Shown: piece after piece, positions 32,201 to 46,610 of the stretch
Position numbering within the stretch: position 1 is the stretch's first letter
How the letters are laid out: each line of letters starts with the position of its first letter
Source: Chrysomallon squamiferum
Lineage: Eukaryota; Animalia; Mollusca
DNA: 64,000 nt
Assembly: GCA_012295275.1 (NCBI GenBank)
Contig: CM022676.1
Location: 806,001 to 870,000, forward strand
Reading direction: 5' to 3'
The notes under the pieces: generated by a model
The model's input: the letters and a program-made list of their open reading frames with translations, nothing else
What the model was told of the DNA's origin: nothing
The model's database searches: none
Position numbers and translations under genes: made by a program

Positions 32201-32601
32201 AAGAGTTGAAGTGTGTGTTGAAGTTGAAGTGTGACTGTGTGAAGTGTGAGAGTTGAAGTGTGTGAGTTGAAGTGTGTGACTGTGTAAGAGTTGAAGTGTG
32301 TGACTGTGTAAGAGTTGAAGTGTGACTAAGAGTTGAAGTGTGTGACTGTAAGAGTTGAAGTTGAAGTGTGTGACTGTAAGAGTTGAAGTGTGAAGTTGAA
32401 GTGTGTGTGACTGAAAGAGTTGAAGTGTGTAAGACTGTGTGACTGAGACTGAAGTGTAAAACTGTGACTGTGTAAGAGTTGAAGTGTGTGAGTTGAAGTG
32501 TGTGACTGTGAAGTGTGTTGAAGTTGAAGTGTGTGACTGTGTAAGAGTTGAAGTGTGACTGTGTAAGAGTTGAAGTGTGACTGGTAAGAGTTGAAGTGTG
32601 T
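29243..32601 (+). repeat. Compound intronic minisatellite: about 28-bp unit (29243-29620) grading into about 20-24-bp unit (29625-32601)
   Basis: GAGAAGTATGT(C/G)ACTATGTATAGTTTTAT, then AAGAGTTGAAGTGTGTGACTGT (more than 100 copies by length). Ends about 30 nt before the acceptor at 32632. Confidence 0.97.
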
Positions 32602-35600
32602 ACAGTTAAAACTAAATATTTTTATAATTCAGCCCAGAGAATGAGGTTCCAGCTGGACAGATGACTGTAATCCAACATACGAAACACGGCCTGAGCCCAG
32701 GGTGAGTTGAAACTTTGTTTATTTCTTAGTAGTCCAGCAACAACAACTGTGTACAGAACTAACACTGTCTCTTACAAACATATTTTATCTGAAATACAGC
32801 TAATAGTACAGATGTTATCTCACACAGACTGAGGACAGGGTACAGTGTCAGTGATTGCCTAAAAATATTATTACATTTAGAATCTCAGACTACTTAGCTG
32901 ATGTGGAAACTGACAAAGATAAACTTGGATCTGTCTTGATAAAAATAATTTTCAGAAATATTTTTGAAAATGTTTTTCTATTTTTAGTTTGTTTTGTCAC
33001 ATGAACAGTTAAAAGGTTTCTTTATTTCAGTACTAGTGTTTTTTTAGCAGTTGTCATGTGTTATCAAAGGGATGGGAGAAATTAAGAACACTGGCACAGT
33101 AATAGATGAAACAAGTTCAGGCATGTGCAGGATAAAAATCATAATTTAACATGATAACCACATATTTCTTTGTACTTCAGACATTATAAAATACTACAAA
33201 TTGATTGCTATTCAGACTAAAAGTAAATATCAAAACAGATTAGTTCTTAAATAACAACAGTTAATTTGTTAAATGAAACCTTTTTAAAAATTGTCTTTTA
33301 ATATTTAAACCAACAATTAAACACTAATGGAGCAACTTTGAACAGTATGTTTATGAAAATAACAAAGTAAATATAGTTCTGTGCCAAAAAGCTGTTTTTG
33401 GTCAGTTATTGAAAATACAGAAAATTGTCTAGTCATCGTATGTCCTGAAAATACCATGATAACTCTTTGTTATTTTATTGTTCTAAAAGTTTAAATTTAT
33501 TCTATTCTAAAACATGTGATTCAAACAGTTACAGCAGAGATTTTCATTTGCATTTATCATTGCATTTGTTATTTTTGTTGTCATCTAATTTATTTAGTAA
33601 TATTACTTGTATCATCACTGCAATATGAATTTATTGATTTACTGAATTCCTAAAACACAAAACTTTGTAATACAAGTATTATTTAAAATCATGTCGACTT
33701 CATAATCTTCTGTTTGCTTTAGAAATTTTCTTTTTTAGTTTACAATTGTGTTTAACTGCTCTTTTTTAATCTTGAATTCCATGAAAGTTCAGTTTGCTTT
33801 CAGATTTGCTTTCTTCTTCTATAACTAACATAATGTAGAGATAGATCTGTTAAAATTTAAACATTTCTAGCTGCTGTCAGAAGGAGACAGTTTTTATGCT
33901 GGGTTTAACATCTGTGAATAAACACAACTTTTTGTATACTTCCAAATGGCTCACATTTCATTACAAAATACGGTCTGATAATACTAAAAGAAGACAGTCA
34001 CTGAATACCCTTTACTGTAAAATACAGAGATCATTACGTGTCTTGTGAAATAGAGAACTTTTATAATGTCTGTAGTATTTCTATTTTTGCTGTTAATTCA
34101 GATTCACACTATAAATAGTTAATGACCTTTAACCTCAGTAAGGAAATATTTCTCTATTGCAATGTTTCTTTTTAAGTAAGATATTCTTTATGTGTTTGTG
34201 AAAGTTCTAGAAACATGTTCAGTGAGTTCTGGTTTTACTGAATGTCTGCTGTTGAAAACCCTGCTGATAATCATTAATATTTATATAAAATAAATGATCC
34301 ATAACTTTCAGACCAGCCTACTTCTAAATAAAAAAATATGGAAAACAAAATCTGTTCATTACACATTTTTCTTATCTTGTAAGCTTGGACATTTTTTTTT
34401 TTATTTTAAAAAGGTAATGAATAACTGATACAACTATATGAGGATACCTTCTTTTTTATTTTTATTTTTTTTATTTTTTGTAAATAATAATATATAGTGA
34501 AATGGTTCCATTTAATACCTTAAATAATATTTATAAAGAAAGTAAATGAAATTATTGAAAAAGTAATAACTCAAACAAAATTAAAAACTAATTCTGGTTT
34601 TGAATTTTCTCCCAAATTTCTAGTCACAAACTCACATCATGAAAAATTTGAAAACTGTAGAATCTTGTTATTTTTTTTACCAGTTTTATCATTAACCAAC
34701 TTTGGTGTATCTAAAAAGAACCTAAAACAATCTAAAAAGAAAAAGTATTAAATGAAGTATACAAAATGTTTTATGCTTCTGTTGTATCAGCACAGACAGA
34801 GATGAATTCTACAAAAGAGTACTTACACTTTTTGTAAATGTACAATTTAATATGTCCACTGTATTTTTTTCCTCTACTTAAAACAGATCGTCTCTTATTT
34901 GTAATACAATTTCACCAAGCAGACATTTTTTCTCTTACTTATTTTTATATTCAAAGTAGTAAAAATTAAATCAAACCAATCTAATTTTATTTACAGTTTT
35001 TTAAATATTATAATTTTGCTTTTCTTGAACTCATTTAGTTCAAAAAATGTTTGAAGTTAATACTCACCTTAACCAAAACTTTCATTTAAACTGACATGAC
35101 CAAATCCTAAATTTGTACCTATGTTTATTATTATTGTTATTATTATTATTTAATCTTTAGAAAAGTTAAACGGTACGCTAGGTAGGGGATGTAATATTTG
35201 TTTTCCACTGTAAGAACAAGGGCAGATATGTGGCAGAATTTTTCATGGAATTCAAGAAAATTTCTATCTTTTTATTTAAATTCATGTTTTAATTCTGCCA
35301 CTGGTGCCATTTTTCTTGCAGCATGGCAGGCACGATATGAATGAAAATGGCGAGGGTCTTCATTATGCTGACCTTGACCTTACTGCCAGACCAGGTCAAC
35401 AGTACAAAAAAGTTTATCAGAAAGAACCACCAACAGAATATGCATCAATCAAACTATACTGAGACCAAAACATAAATCAAAATATTTTTTCTTATTTTTA
35501 GGGGTGGGGTGTGGTTTTGTCACATCTTGTTACTTATTCCTTTATTTCTATTTATTTTTTTTTTTTTTACTTATTTTTTAAGGAATTTATAGAGGATGAT

Positions 35601-35892
35601 AAGAAAAAGTCATTCTCTTTAAGCTTTGATTAAATAGTTTTTATTATTATCATTATCATTATTATTAATTGTTTTAAATAAACTACTAGATGCTATGGTA
35701 GATTGATTTGATCACTAAATTAAAAAAAAATGAAAATTAGTTTATAAAATTCTTTAAGTAATAACTGATGTTGGTATAACAGGTGTTTTTTTTTTTTTTT
35801 TTATCTCAACTAGTTCTCATTTTGATGATCCAAAAATTCAAATAATAAAATACAAGTTAAAAAAAAAAAATCCACTCTACCCTAACTTTGTT

Positions 35893-36520
35893 AGAAATCT
35901 CTAGTTATAACTGAAATCTCTAGTTATAACTGAAATCTCTAGTTGTAACTGAAATATCTAGTTGTAACTGAAATCTCTAGTTGTAACTGAAATATCTAGT
36001 TGTAACTGAAATATCTAGTTGTAACTGAAATCTCTAGTTATAACTGAAATCTCTAGTTATAACTGAAATATCTCAGTTACAGTTTGTGACAGACAGACAG
36101 TTGTAACTGAAATATCTCAGTTACAGTTTGTGACAGACAGACAGTTGTAACTGAAATATCTCAGTTACAGTTTGTGACAGACAGACAGTTATAACTGAAA
36201 TATCTCAGTTTGTGACAGACAGTTATAACTGAAATATCTAGTTATAAAAGTCTCTAGTTATAACTGAAATCTCTAACTAGTTATAACTGAAATATCTAGT
36301 TACAGTTTGTGACAGACAGACAGTTATAACTGAAATATCTCAGTTTGTGACAGACAGTTATAACTGAAATATCTCAGTTACAGTTTGTGACAGACAGACA
36401 GTTATAACTGAAATATCTCAGTTTGTGACAGACAGACAGTTATAACTGAAATATCTCAGTTACAGTTTGTGACAGACAGACAGTTATAACTGAAATATCT
36501 CAGTTTGTGACAGACAGACA
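35893..36520 (+). repeat. Compound minisatellite (19-bp unit, then about 36-42-bp unit)
   Basis: GAAATCTCTAGTTATAACT units followed by longer units adding CAGTTTGTGACAGACAGA. Confidence 0.93.
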
Positions 36521-37902
36521 TAGTAACAGCAAGAAGAAAGTTAGCGAGACACGAGGGAGTTAGTCTGTTTGTGTGAGGTTTTATCTTACAAAGTGATTAA
36601 AACAGAATTAAAACTGGCCCACAGAGATGTTAAATTAATCTTTACATGTTCACTCTTTTAGTCATCCATCAATCACTAAGAGAAACAATAACTGAACTTA
36701 GATTTATTTTATCCTAATTGTAAAAAAATAAGTAACTAATTTATAATCTCTTTTATATATCTTTATATAAAATTAATTAAGAAAATATATATTATAATAA
36801 TTTAATATTGAAAATGTATTTAATCAGCCAGTATCAAGAATTAAAATATTTATAATTACACAAAACAGTCACTGTCATGTTTGACCTGCTTTTATCTTCT
36901 GTGTAGATAATGTAAATTTTCTTATCACTGCCATTGTTCATCGATTCTGTAACTCCGTGACATATGAAATTTGTTTTATTTATTACTTATCAACAAAAAA
37001 AAGTTTATTCAGAGCAAAAACAGGATTTAGATGACAACACACAGATTTTTAAAACAACAATGAACATTTCCTCCTTTGATAAGATACCTTTTTAAACTCT
37101 ATGTAAAAATACATGTTTTTTTCATTTCACTCTGCCAGTGTCACATATACACTTATTATTGTCACTACTGTTATTGTTAACATTTATACTAACTTGTAAT
37201 GTTAACATTGTTACTATAATTATTATTATTATTGATTATTATTAATAGTATTAGTACTAGTATTATTACTATTACTATTTCTATTAGAGTATTATTAGTA
37301 TTATGGTTACTATTTTTATTACTAATGAATTTGGTTTATAACAAATATAATATAGCAGTGTGTCACTGTATTTGCTGTAAGAGCCAGTATGATCAGGTTA
37401 CTTTGACACGTGTGTATTTCACTCTGTCATATGACTGCAAACAGTGATTCAGCTGATGTAAGTTTTACACTAGTGAGTAATGAGTCTGTATTTAGAAACT
37501 GACGTGACACAATGGGTTGGGGCAGTTTGAATTGTCAGGATAGACCTGCCTCATTTTCAAACATGCTTAGAATGTAGTGCATTTATGTACTACAACATTG
37601 TAAATTATTTTAAGTGCCAAACAATCGTTGAATATATTGTCAAATTGTAAACACAATGAATGTAAATAATACATGATTATTAAATAAGTATTTTAATTGT
37701 ACTTTATACCAATCTTCCTATAAGTGCCTTGGACAACTATATTATGTACTGTTATAAAAGATAAAAAAAAAATAAAAAAAATGTTTTCAAAAAATATTGG
37801 TTATTACAAAATATAACTGATATATTAATCAGGAAGAGAAAAATAAAGTAAAATAATCAGACTCCATTTTAACTATTTCTGAAATTTGATTGTACTCTCA
37901 TC

Positions 37903-37936
<34 letters not shown>

Positions 37937-37937
37937 G

Positions 37938-38030
<93 letters not shown>

Positions 38031-38060
38031 TACACACACACACACACACGCACACGCACA
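37903..38060 (+). repeat. (CA)n microsatellite
   Basis: About 160-bp imperfect CA run. Other microsatellites: 2158-2222 (ATT/GTT), 15385-15457, 16100-16132, 52745-52776, 54633-54712, 60957-60995. Confidence 0.97.
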
Positions 38061-38989
38061 CTATATTACTAGTTTAGTATATCTAGTTTGGTGTAAACTT
38101 CAGACAGTTAAATATATTTGTATATAACTATTTCTAAAATTCCATTTATTTTATATTGTAAATTTTATTTTTATTGCATTTTATGGATATGTTTTTAAAT
38201 AAATTCTGTTAAAAAACAATTTTTGTTTGTTTATTTGAAAGGATGATCTTAATACGAGATAATCTTAATATGAGATAAAAATAAAAAATAAAAATAGAAG
38301 AAAATAACAGTTGATCAGTAAATAGAACAGATTTAGTTATATAGTTTGACTTGTTTTTAATTCTGAACTAACAGCAATGTCACACTTATGATTCACATTT
38401 ATTTATTAGTTATTTTATTATTATCTTTTCTAATTTCTTTTTCCTTAAAATGTATTCTACATTCATTTAAAAAGAATTGAATTGTAAGAACAATATCAAA
38501 CATTGCAAGAGAGTACTGACTGGATTGTATTTTAAGACTGTTTAGTCTCTTCTGTCACCTTCATTTCCTCCTTTTCCCTTACAGAACTCACACAATACCT
38601 AGTGTACCTTCTGCATTTTCCATTAATTAAACAATAACAACAACAACAGTAATAATAAATACATTTTTCAAGATTTGATCATATTTATTTGTTCAAATAA
38701 ATATTTTGGTTGTGCAGAATTGAAATGTAAGTATTAAGTTCAAAATTCAGATTTTAAACCCAAACTAGACAGATTTAAACATTTTTTATTTCGTTTTTTT
38801 ATACAAAGGCAAATTTATTTTAAATATCAGAGTTGTTTAATTTATATTTATTAAAAAAAATTGAAATATTTTAGAAATTATTAAAAAATGCAGCTTTTGT
38901 GTTGAATATAATAAAGTAAAAATGTCAAAATAATTGTTGTTATGACATTTTACAGTTGAAAGAAGAAAATAATTGTTTATTTATTACAG

Positions 38990-39139
38990 AATTTCCGAAA
39001 GAAGAAGGGTCAGGCAAACCCTGCCCTGGACGAGCCTCACGCAGCACACAACACCTCCCACGACAGCATCCCCTACAACTACCAGAACACCGGCTATGCA
39101 GAGGACGGTGGCGCAATGCCGATGGGATCCGCAGTTTAA
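38990..39139 (+). CDS. Probable alternative terminal exon of the Ig receptor
   Basis: GC-rich island after ttattacag; phase-0 reading NFRKKKGQANPALDEPHAAHNTSHDSIPYNYQNTGYAEDGGAMPMGSAV*, the same phase as the 35322 last exon. Confidence 0.7.
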   Translation, partial: NFRKKKGQANPALDEPHAAHNTSHDSIPYNYQNTGYAEDGGAMPMGSAV

Positions 39140-42100
39140 GATGATGCTGTTGTTTTAACCAAACTTCACAAGCATCTGTCATTTTTTATATTTAAACAAA
39201 ACCACTGGAAAAACATAAAATAAACATAAAAATATAAAAAGATCCCTTTCTAAAAAAAATTAAAATTCACAAAACAACAAAATTGTTTTTCAAAACATTC
39301 TGTGATCTGTTTCACAGTTTGTACAAATGTTAACAAGTTTCAGAATGTGTTCAGTGCCTTTCTCTCTCACTGTCCGTCCATCAGTCCCTAGCAATGTTTA
39401 ATTTCATTTTGATTCATTCCACATTTTATAAGTTTAAACTTAAGAGAAACCACAATAATAATTCACTGAAATTGTTCTGTGAGGAAACTGTGCCTGAATA
39501 GTTCATTAGCTCTGAAATCAAATTTCAATTTAATATTTTGTGGGTTTTTTTTTTTTCTCTTTAACCTTTCAAAATTATTTCTTAATATTATTTATATAAT
39601 ATTTAACATAATTTATAGCAAAAGTGTTCCAAATATAGTTCTGCATTTGGTATCCTACATGTTCTTGTTTGATTTTAACAGTTTTCTCTCCTACTCTACC
39701 CTCAGAAAACTCTCCATTAGCGTAGTGATTGTTTTCAGTGATTCAAATAAGCACACTTAGTTTTTGCTTGTCAAATATTTTACCTCAGATAGTTCAAATT
39801 TGATGGCTTTTTTATTTACCTTTTGTTTTTTTGTTTCTTTGTTGTTTTTAACATTTTTCTTCCCACAGAACAGTAGAGGACAAGTGTCATTATAGCATCA
39901 AACATTTTTGTTTGTAAAAAAACCAAAAATGATGTTTTGCTGTGTTTACAAACAAATTTTATATAGTGTATGACTTTGTTTTGTGTAGTTGCTTCTTAAT
40001 TTTGCAAATTTAAATGAGAAGAAATCCTTTAACCATTTGAACTTCATAACATTTTATTTTCATGTGTTATTAGTTATAATTCATTATGCAGTCCTGGGAA
40101 TAATGCAGACTAGTGTTATATTTGGAATGTAGATGTAGAGTTGTTAGTTAAACTAGATCACTTTAATTAAATTTTTAATTAATCCTCAATGTAACAAATG
40201 CAATTATGTAATTTATCAGTGTTTGTCATTAGTCTATAAACAGAAACTGTAATTTTCTTAACTCTGAGCAAAGGTAACAAATGTTTCAGCAGCTGTAATG
40301 TTACAGTTGTTCTGTCACACAGTAGATTAATCACTCTCACCAACTTTCCCACTAATTCATGCTTCCACTGTTTAACATACTGAAATGTTTACACCACCAT
40401 TATTTCAACAAGCATTTATAAAATTCATAACATTTAAAAGTTTGTGTTAATATCTCTTGTGATATAACCTTCATTTGTAATATAACTTCATCTGTTTTTC
40501 TGTTAACTACTTTTCCAGACTTTAAGGTTTAAAATTAATGTTCATTAATCTGTTCTATTGGAATCATGTAGAACAATTGTTTTCTGAGGCTAAATTGTAA
40601 AAAGTCACACTAAGGTTAAGTAAATTAATTAGCAATCGGTGAAAAATGTTTCTTATAAACATCTGACAAAAACTGCTTATATTCACTACAAATGTCTTCT
40701 TAACAATCACATAGAAAGTATTCAAGGTTTTGCTTTATAAGTATCCATACAAAAAATAAATCATGAATGTAAATGTTTTAATATAACATTTTATTTTTAT
40801 TTTATTTTATTTTAAATAAATAAAACAGTGTAGTGAATTTTTTAAAATGTAATAATAAAAGACAAATGTTAATAGTTGATTATATGAAACCAGGTTACAG
40901 AATGTGAAAAATACATTTTTAACCTGAACTGTAAATGTCCACACTGTACACTATTAACAAACATATTTTATTAATTAAAATTTATTTAAAAGACAAATAG
41001 GACAATTAAATTATTTTTCATTATACTTAATCTGTTTACTATCAAATTGTTTATGCAAATTACTTTTCCATCTCTTTAATTGAAAAATTTAATTAATATA
41101 TTAGATTTACTACTGTTTGTGCTCAGAGTTACAAATGTATCAATGTATGCTCAAATTTCATCACTTTGTGATTAACATGACATTGTCATTGCAGTAATTA
41201 TCAGATTATTTCAGCGTTGTTGTGACAGGCTGTTTCACTGCTTGCAGCAAACACGAGTGTATCACTCACTTGTGTGTTTGATCCAGTAGGTCGTGAAAGT
41301 GCTTTAGAGTTTGGAAAGTAAAAACTGTAAGTCCCTTCATGTCTCACATTCTGTAAGAATATGGTTTGAATCTCTTGACTAACATAATCAGACTTGTTCT
41401 ACAAAAGTTCTAAAAGATTACTGAAGTTTTACAAAAACTAAAAAACACTGGATTTATTTTCATACAGAATTATCACAGTAACTGCTGAAAATATTTTCTG
41501 TTTTATCTTGATATCAAGATTAAATGATAATGCTAATTTGATCGACACATAGTTTTGTAGTTACTAAAAAAATACACTTATCAATGTGCTGGAAATGTCA
41601 GTTAATGACAGTAATAAAAATATACAGTTACATTGTTTATAACAACACATACTTTTACAGTTTATCTTCATTTGTAATCACTGAGAAATATTAACTCATA
41701 ATTCATTCATGATAATAATGTTTGATTTCTGTTTTTGTTTGTTCATGAACAGACTTGAAAATACACATTTTGTGTTTGTGAAATCTCTCAAAACCAAACA
41801 CTAGCATTTTGAAAAATTATTTTGGTTTTTGCTTAGAAAAAAGAAGTAAAATGATATATGTTTATTTATATTACTTATTTTTAATAAGAGAGATCACTTT
41901 CTGAATTTAATATTGTATTATTTAAAACATAAACATTTAACTTAAAAACATAATGTTTGATTATACAAAACAAAGTGTGTGTTATTCAGTATTGTTCTGG
42001 ACATATTTTAACAAATTGTAAATATTGTTGATTTTATAAAATTTGGTTTATTTTTGTATAAACTTTTAATATTTGTTTCATTGTATGTGTTCGTGTATGT

Positions 42101-45100
42101 GGGAAATACTGATATATACATATAGCCTGACAAACTAGATAAAAATATTTTGTACTGCGTCTTTTTATATTAGGTCAGTTGTGATGTTGTTTTAGAAAAC
42201 TTAACATTGATAATTATTTTATGTTTAACATGATCATTATATTATAGATACATATGATTAAATTAAAACAGAAATTCAATTTAAAACTAAGTTTGGGTGT
42301 TTGTAAACAAATTGTTATGTACTTAAAACTCATGTCATTATTCTTCAGACTGAAACAGCATTGTGATCTTCTCACATTAAAGTTGAAATCAGAAACAGAA
42401 ACAAAATTATCACATTTTTAAATAACTCAGGCTCTTAACTAACATTAAAGTTTTTTACTTTACAAAATATATTCTGGGGCAAATTTTAAAATTACTTTTC
42501 ATCCTATTTTAAAATGGCATTATATTTGAAATTGTTCTGTCTGAAACAAACATTCCATGGTGCATTGTTGTATCTTTGTTTAAAATTATATTAATCCCCA
42601 TTTAATGGGACACAATTTATTATAATTATTTTCAATTCAGTATATTTTATTATGTTGTGCTGATTTTTAAATTAATGTGATAATTATTTATTAATTCACT
42701 CTAGTAATAATCAAAGTTAGCAGCAGTTATGTAAACTTAACTACAGATTGTGATTTTACCTGTGTAAGTTTTATATTTCACATATATCATATATAATAAA
42801 CATAATACAGATTCTCATGTTTGTTATTATTTTCAGCCCTGTGTTCAGTAGACTGTTACTTTGCAATACCCTGAACATTACAGAAATGACTTTTAAGTTT
42901 CTTTTTATCAAAGGCAGATTTCTGAAAAACACCGATTCCAGCTTGCAGTCTTTGTTAAAGTTAGCACATATACAAATTTTGTAAACATTAAATAATTTAA
43001 AAGTTATTAACATAAAACAGATCCTATGTGGTGAGATGAATATAAAAACGTACGTACACATTCCAGATTTTGCTCTACTAACACGTTTTGCTGGAGCAAA
43101 CGTGATCTTGTGACCCCATTAAAAAAATAATTGAAATATAAAATTTTGAATTCAAAGGAAAAAGCATGAATGAATATATGGTTTTAATAAACTATTTTTT
43201 CCCCTTCCAAGTTATATTTTTGTTTTAGAACAGATATTGTCATTAATAACAATGTATGTCAAAATAATTACAAAATATTAAAATGATGCTTATGTTAACC
43301 ATTCAAACAGCTGGCTCGTTACAATGCAATTATATTTGTATTAAGCCTGGATGATCAAAAACATTTTTAATTTTATGAGACCAAGTAGTTCTAGTTTAAT
43401 CTGTGAGATGAGGAAGTTTTACAGTTTCAACCACTATGACAGTGACATGACAGTGATATGACAGAGACCACATTTGCACATGGACGTCTCTGTAGACACT
43501 GGATGCTGGAACTGTAAATGAACAATGTTATTTTTCTCAGTTTTTAAAAACAAACACAGACGTTTAGAAAAGTAGTTTTTATTTCACGCTGCATCAACAC
43601 AAAACGAGATCGCTTCTCTTTCTCAAACAACTCTTTAAAACATGAATGTGGCTGGCAGGAACCCAACAGATAATAAAAATATTCACATTTAGGAGGTAGT
43701 CTAACTTTAGAAGGAAATTACCAGAAAAATATTGTTTAAATTTTATAATGACTGATGGTTACAATTATTAAAAGTATTTTAAAAAGATTACATTTTATCA
43801 GCTGGAAAAAACTGATCAGAAAATATCAGTAAGTTTACAAAACTGAAATAATTTAATAACTTACAGAAAACAGAAACACTTTAATTTTTTCTCTTTGTCT
43901 CTTTTTTTTTAAATCTAATTTTACTGTGTTGGTCAGGGATAGTGTCCTGACATCCAGATTCTACAAATAATGTCTACAATGAAATAAATAAACTGTCAGT
44001 TTAAAGAAATGTAACAGAAAAAAATATTTAAAATACAATCATTTCTTGTTTCTAGAAATCTTATTAAAATAAAGAAAATATTTTCAGAGTACAAAATTGT
44101 CCATTATCAATATATCCTAATCAAAACCACATTCATACAATCCATTACCATTATCCATAAACTACTATTATTTACTAAATGTACAGAATGGAATGCAACA
44201 GACAAATAAAAATTATTGTAGATTTTCTAAATGAGCAAACAAACTCCATTAATTAGATAAATAAAGTAAATGATTTAAAGCAAAAACTATAATAAAATAA
44301 AAAATAAAAGAAATAAGTGTTTTTATGATATCAAGTGGACAGTGAGAAATCACATCTCAACAAAATTTATTATAACAAAATCTTTATTAGTTTATCTGCA
44401 TAGAATAATCTGTTACAGATTTAGACTGGGTAATTTTCATATTCAAACACTATTTCCAGTATAGATTTTTGGCCTCATGATTTACAGAATTTCAAGAGAC
44501 ATTCTTTTTAAAAGTATGTGTATTTTTTTATGTGTGTTTTTCAATGTTAGTATTTACATCTGTCAGATTTATTGTTATTGTTCCCATTTCACATACACAC
44601 ATACCACTATATATAAATTTACAATATATACAAATACAACTTCTTTTTAACATCTTACTGATATGTCAAACAAATATATACAAAGTAGAAACTTAAAAGA
44701 ATATTTGCATTTAATATTTAAATCAAATTCTACAACCAAAAAAAAAAAACCCACCAAAAAAAAAAAAGAAGAATTTTCTAATATGATGCAATCAACTATT
44801 TCTGAAACAAAAATAATTCATACTGTTAAAAAAAATACATATATATATTTATATATAGAAAAATTATGACAAAACAAACTATTACATTTTTTTAAAATAT
44901 ATTTATATATATTAATGCAATAAGTAAATAAAAAAGGTTTTAAATTATGTCTGGTTACATGTAGCACTGTCACAAGATGGCTCTTTCTAATATTTACAAA
45001 TAAACCAGGTATCCAAACTGAGAACATTTAAAGAGAAAACGTGTGCCAAAACAAAATTTTGTTGTTTGACAGTAGGAATGTTAATGTAAAATAAAAACAA

Positions 45101-46610
45101 TGTTGTAAGAAACTGTGTGTAATACTAATAAAACGAATGTTGTTTAGTCTGGCAAACAGATCTTAGGAAAAACGTCATCCATAAAAATATATAGTGAAAG
45201 GTTTCTGAAAATAGATTTTGAAAAAAAAATCTAAAATTTATATCAGATCTGTAGAATAAAACAAGTCTGTAAAAATGTTAAACTGAACACTTTCTCTCAA
45301 AAAGTAAAATATGTGAAAAAAGAAATCTTTCCAAAAAATGTTAGTGACAAATCTAGTAAAACCAGTTTAACCAACCTTTAAGTCTCTTGGAGGATAGAAA
45401 CAAAATAAAACAAAAAACCTCCTCATTTGGGATATCAAGCATTCTTTCTGAACAGATTCTAAATTTAGCACAGAATTTCGGTCATACCTCCTCTTTCAGA
45501 GTAAAAGGATTCTAAATATTATAATAAATAAAAATTGTTTATATATACATTAGACCTGATATAAAAATTTATAAAGTTCAAAATATATACAAACTACACT
45601 GGGACTTAAATAAATTATTCACGATAAAACAATACCAAAATATACAAAAAAAAAAAAAAAAAAAATAAAGAAAAAAGGACCAACAAAAAATAAATATTAT
45701 AAATAAATATAATAATAATTTGCAAAATCACTAACTTGGCATTTGAACCTCTTTGTATCCAGTATTTTCATTTTTTTCTTTTATCTCGGATATTTTTCCA
45801 TGTAACATTTTTATAATTAAAATATTTATTTTGCTTGATTTCTTATTTCAATGAAGAGTGTTAGTAAGACTAGTGTGTTAGAAGACTGTGTGTTTAGTCA
45901 GTATTACACTCAAACAATCAAGTCCTGTGAACTAAATGTGTTACACAGTCAAACTGTTCCTGATCAAGTCAAGTCTAGTCAAGTGTTGACATTTTACTAT
46001 TTCTGGTGACATTTATTGTGCACACCAAGATGTATAATGTGTTTTCACAGGAAAATTGATTAGTTACAACAGGAAACTGCAGGCATAAACACATGATTAA
46101 AACAATTAAAAACTTATAATAAGCACAAGTGAATAAAATTTGTACAAGTGTCATGTTTTGAAAATAATACAAGAATACACCAACATGGATGGATTTGATA
46201 TAGCTGCATCTTGTTTACATTCTCAAAATGTAATTTACATCAGTTTGTAAATATCAGAATAATTCAGTATAAAGATTATCTATTATTACACTAAATATTT
46301 AATTCTCAAGTCAAAGTCTATAAATGAAGACTATATTTTAAACAAAAAGAGAAACTGTAGAAAAATAAAGAAGAAAATAAAAGGATAAAACTGTAGAAAA
46401 TTTAACATATGTGACAGATTATCAACTAGTCTGGGATAAACTCAGACAACAAAATGCTTTTCTCAGTGAGATTCCATTATTAAACCTACAACAGGAATTT
46501 CTTTAGATCTAAAGTTAAAAATTCTTATAAAACTTATTATTTGTAAATCAAATTAAAAAAAATTGCTACAAATATTATTAGAAAATAAAATAAAATTTGT
46601 AATCAGACTG

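Larger units (their letters stand above)
24115..35461 (+). pseudogene. Ig-superfamily type I membrane receptor (signal, 2 Ig domains, TM, ITIM+ITSM tail), disrupted in this assembly
   Basis: Exons: 24115-24169 (signal MARWIYLCLLIYFGFLST), 26710-27111 (Ig1, VRC...MTCSDSGEYFC; in-frame TAA 26910-26912), 27322-27650 (Ig2, FRCNGNVGNP...W...FKC; 1-nt frameshift near 27341), 28371-28409 (stalk), 28648-28767 (TM VGVIVGAVLGALAFLAIVIVLIYFLWY+RRR), 29098-29119, 32633-32701, possibly 34791-34818, and 35322-35461/2 (LHYADL, TEYASI, TGA). It may be an intact gene with consensus errors. Confidence 0.8.

Noticed and set aside
37873-38077. CV/TH-repeat ORFs
   Set aside because: Translation of a (CA)n microsatellite.
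39200-46600. Possible extra gene between the Ig receptor and SORL1
   Set aside because: Very AT-rich with only short low-complexity ORFs; consistent with long convergent 3' UTRs or intergenic DNA.
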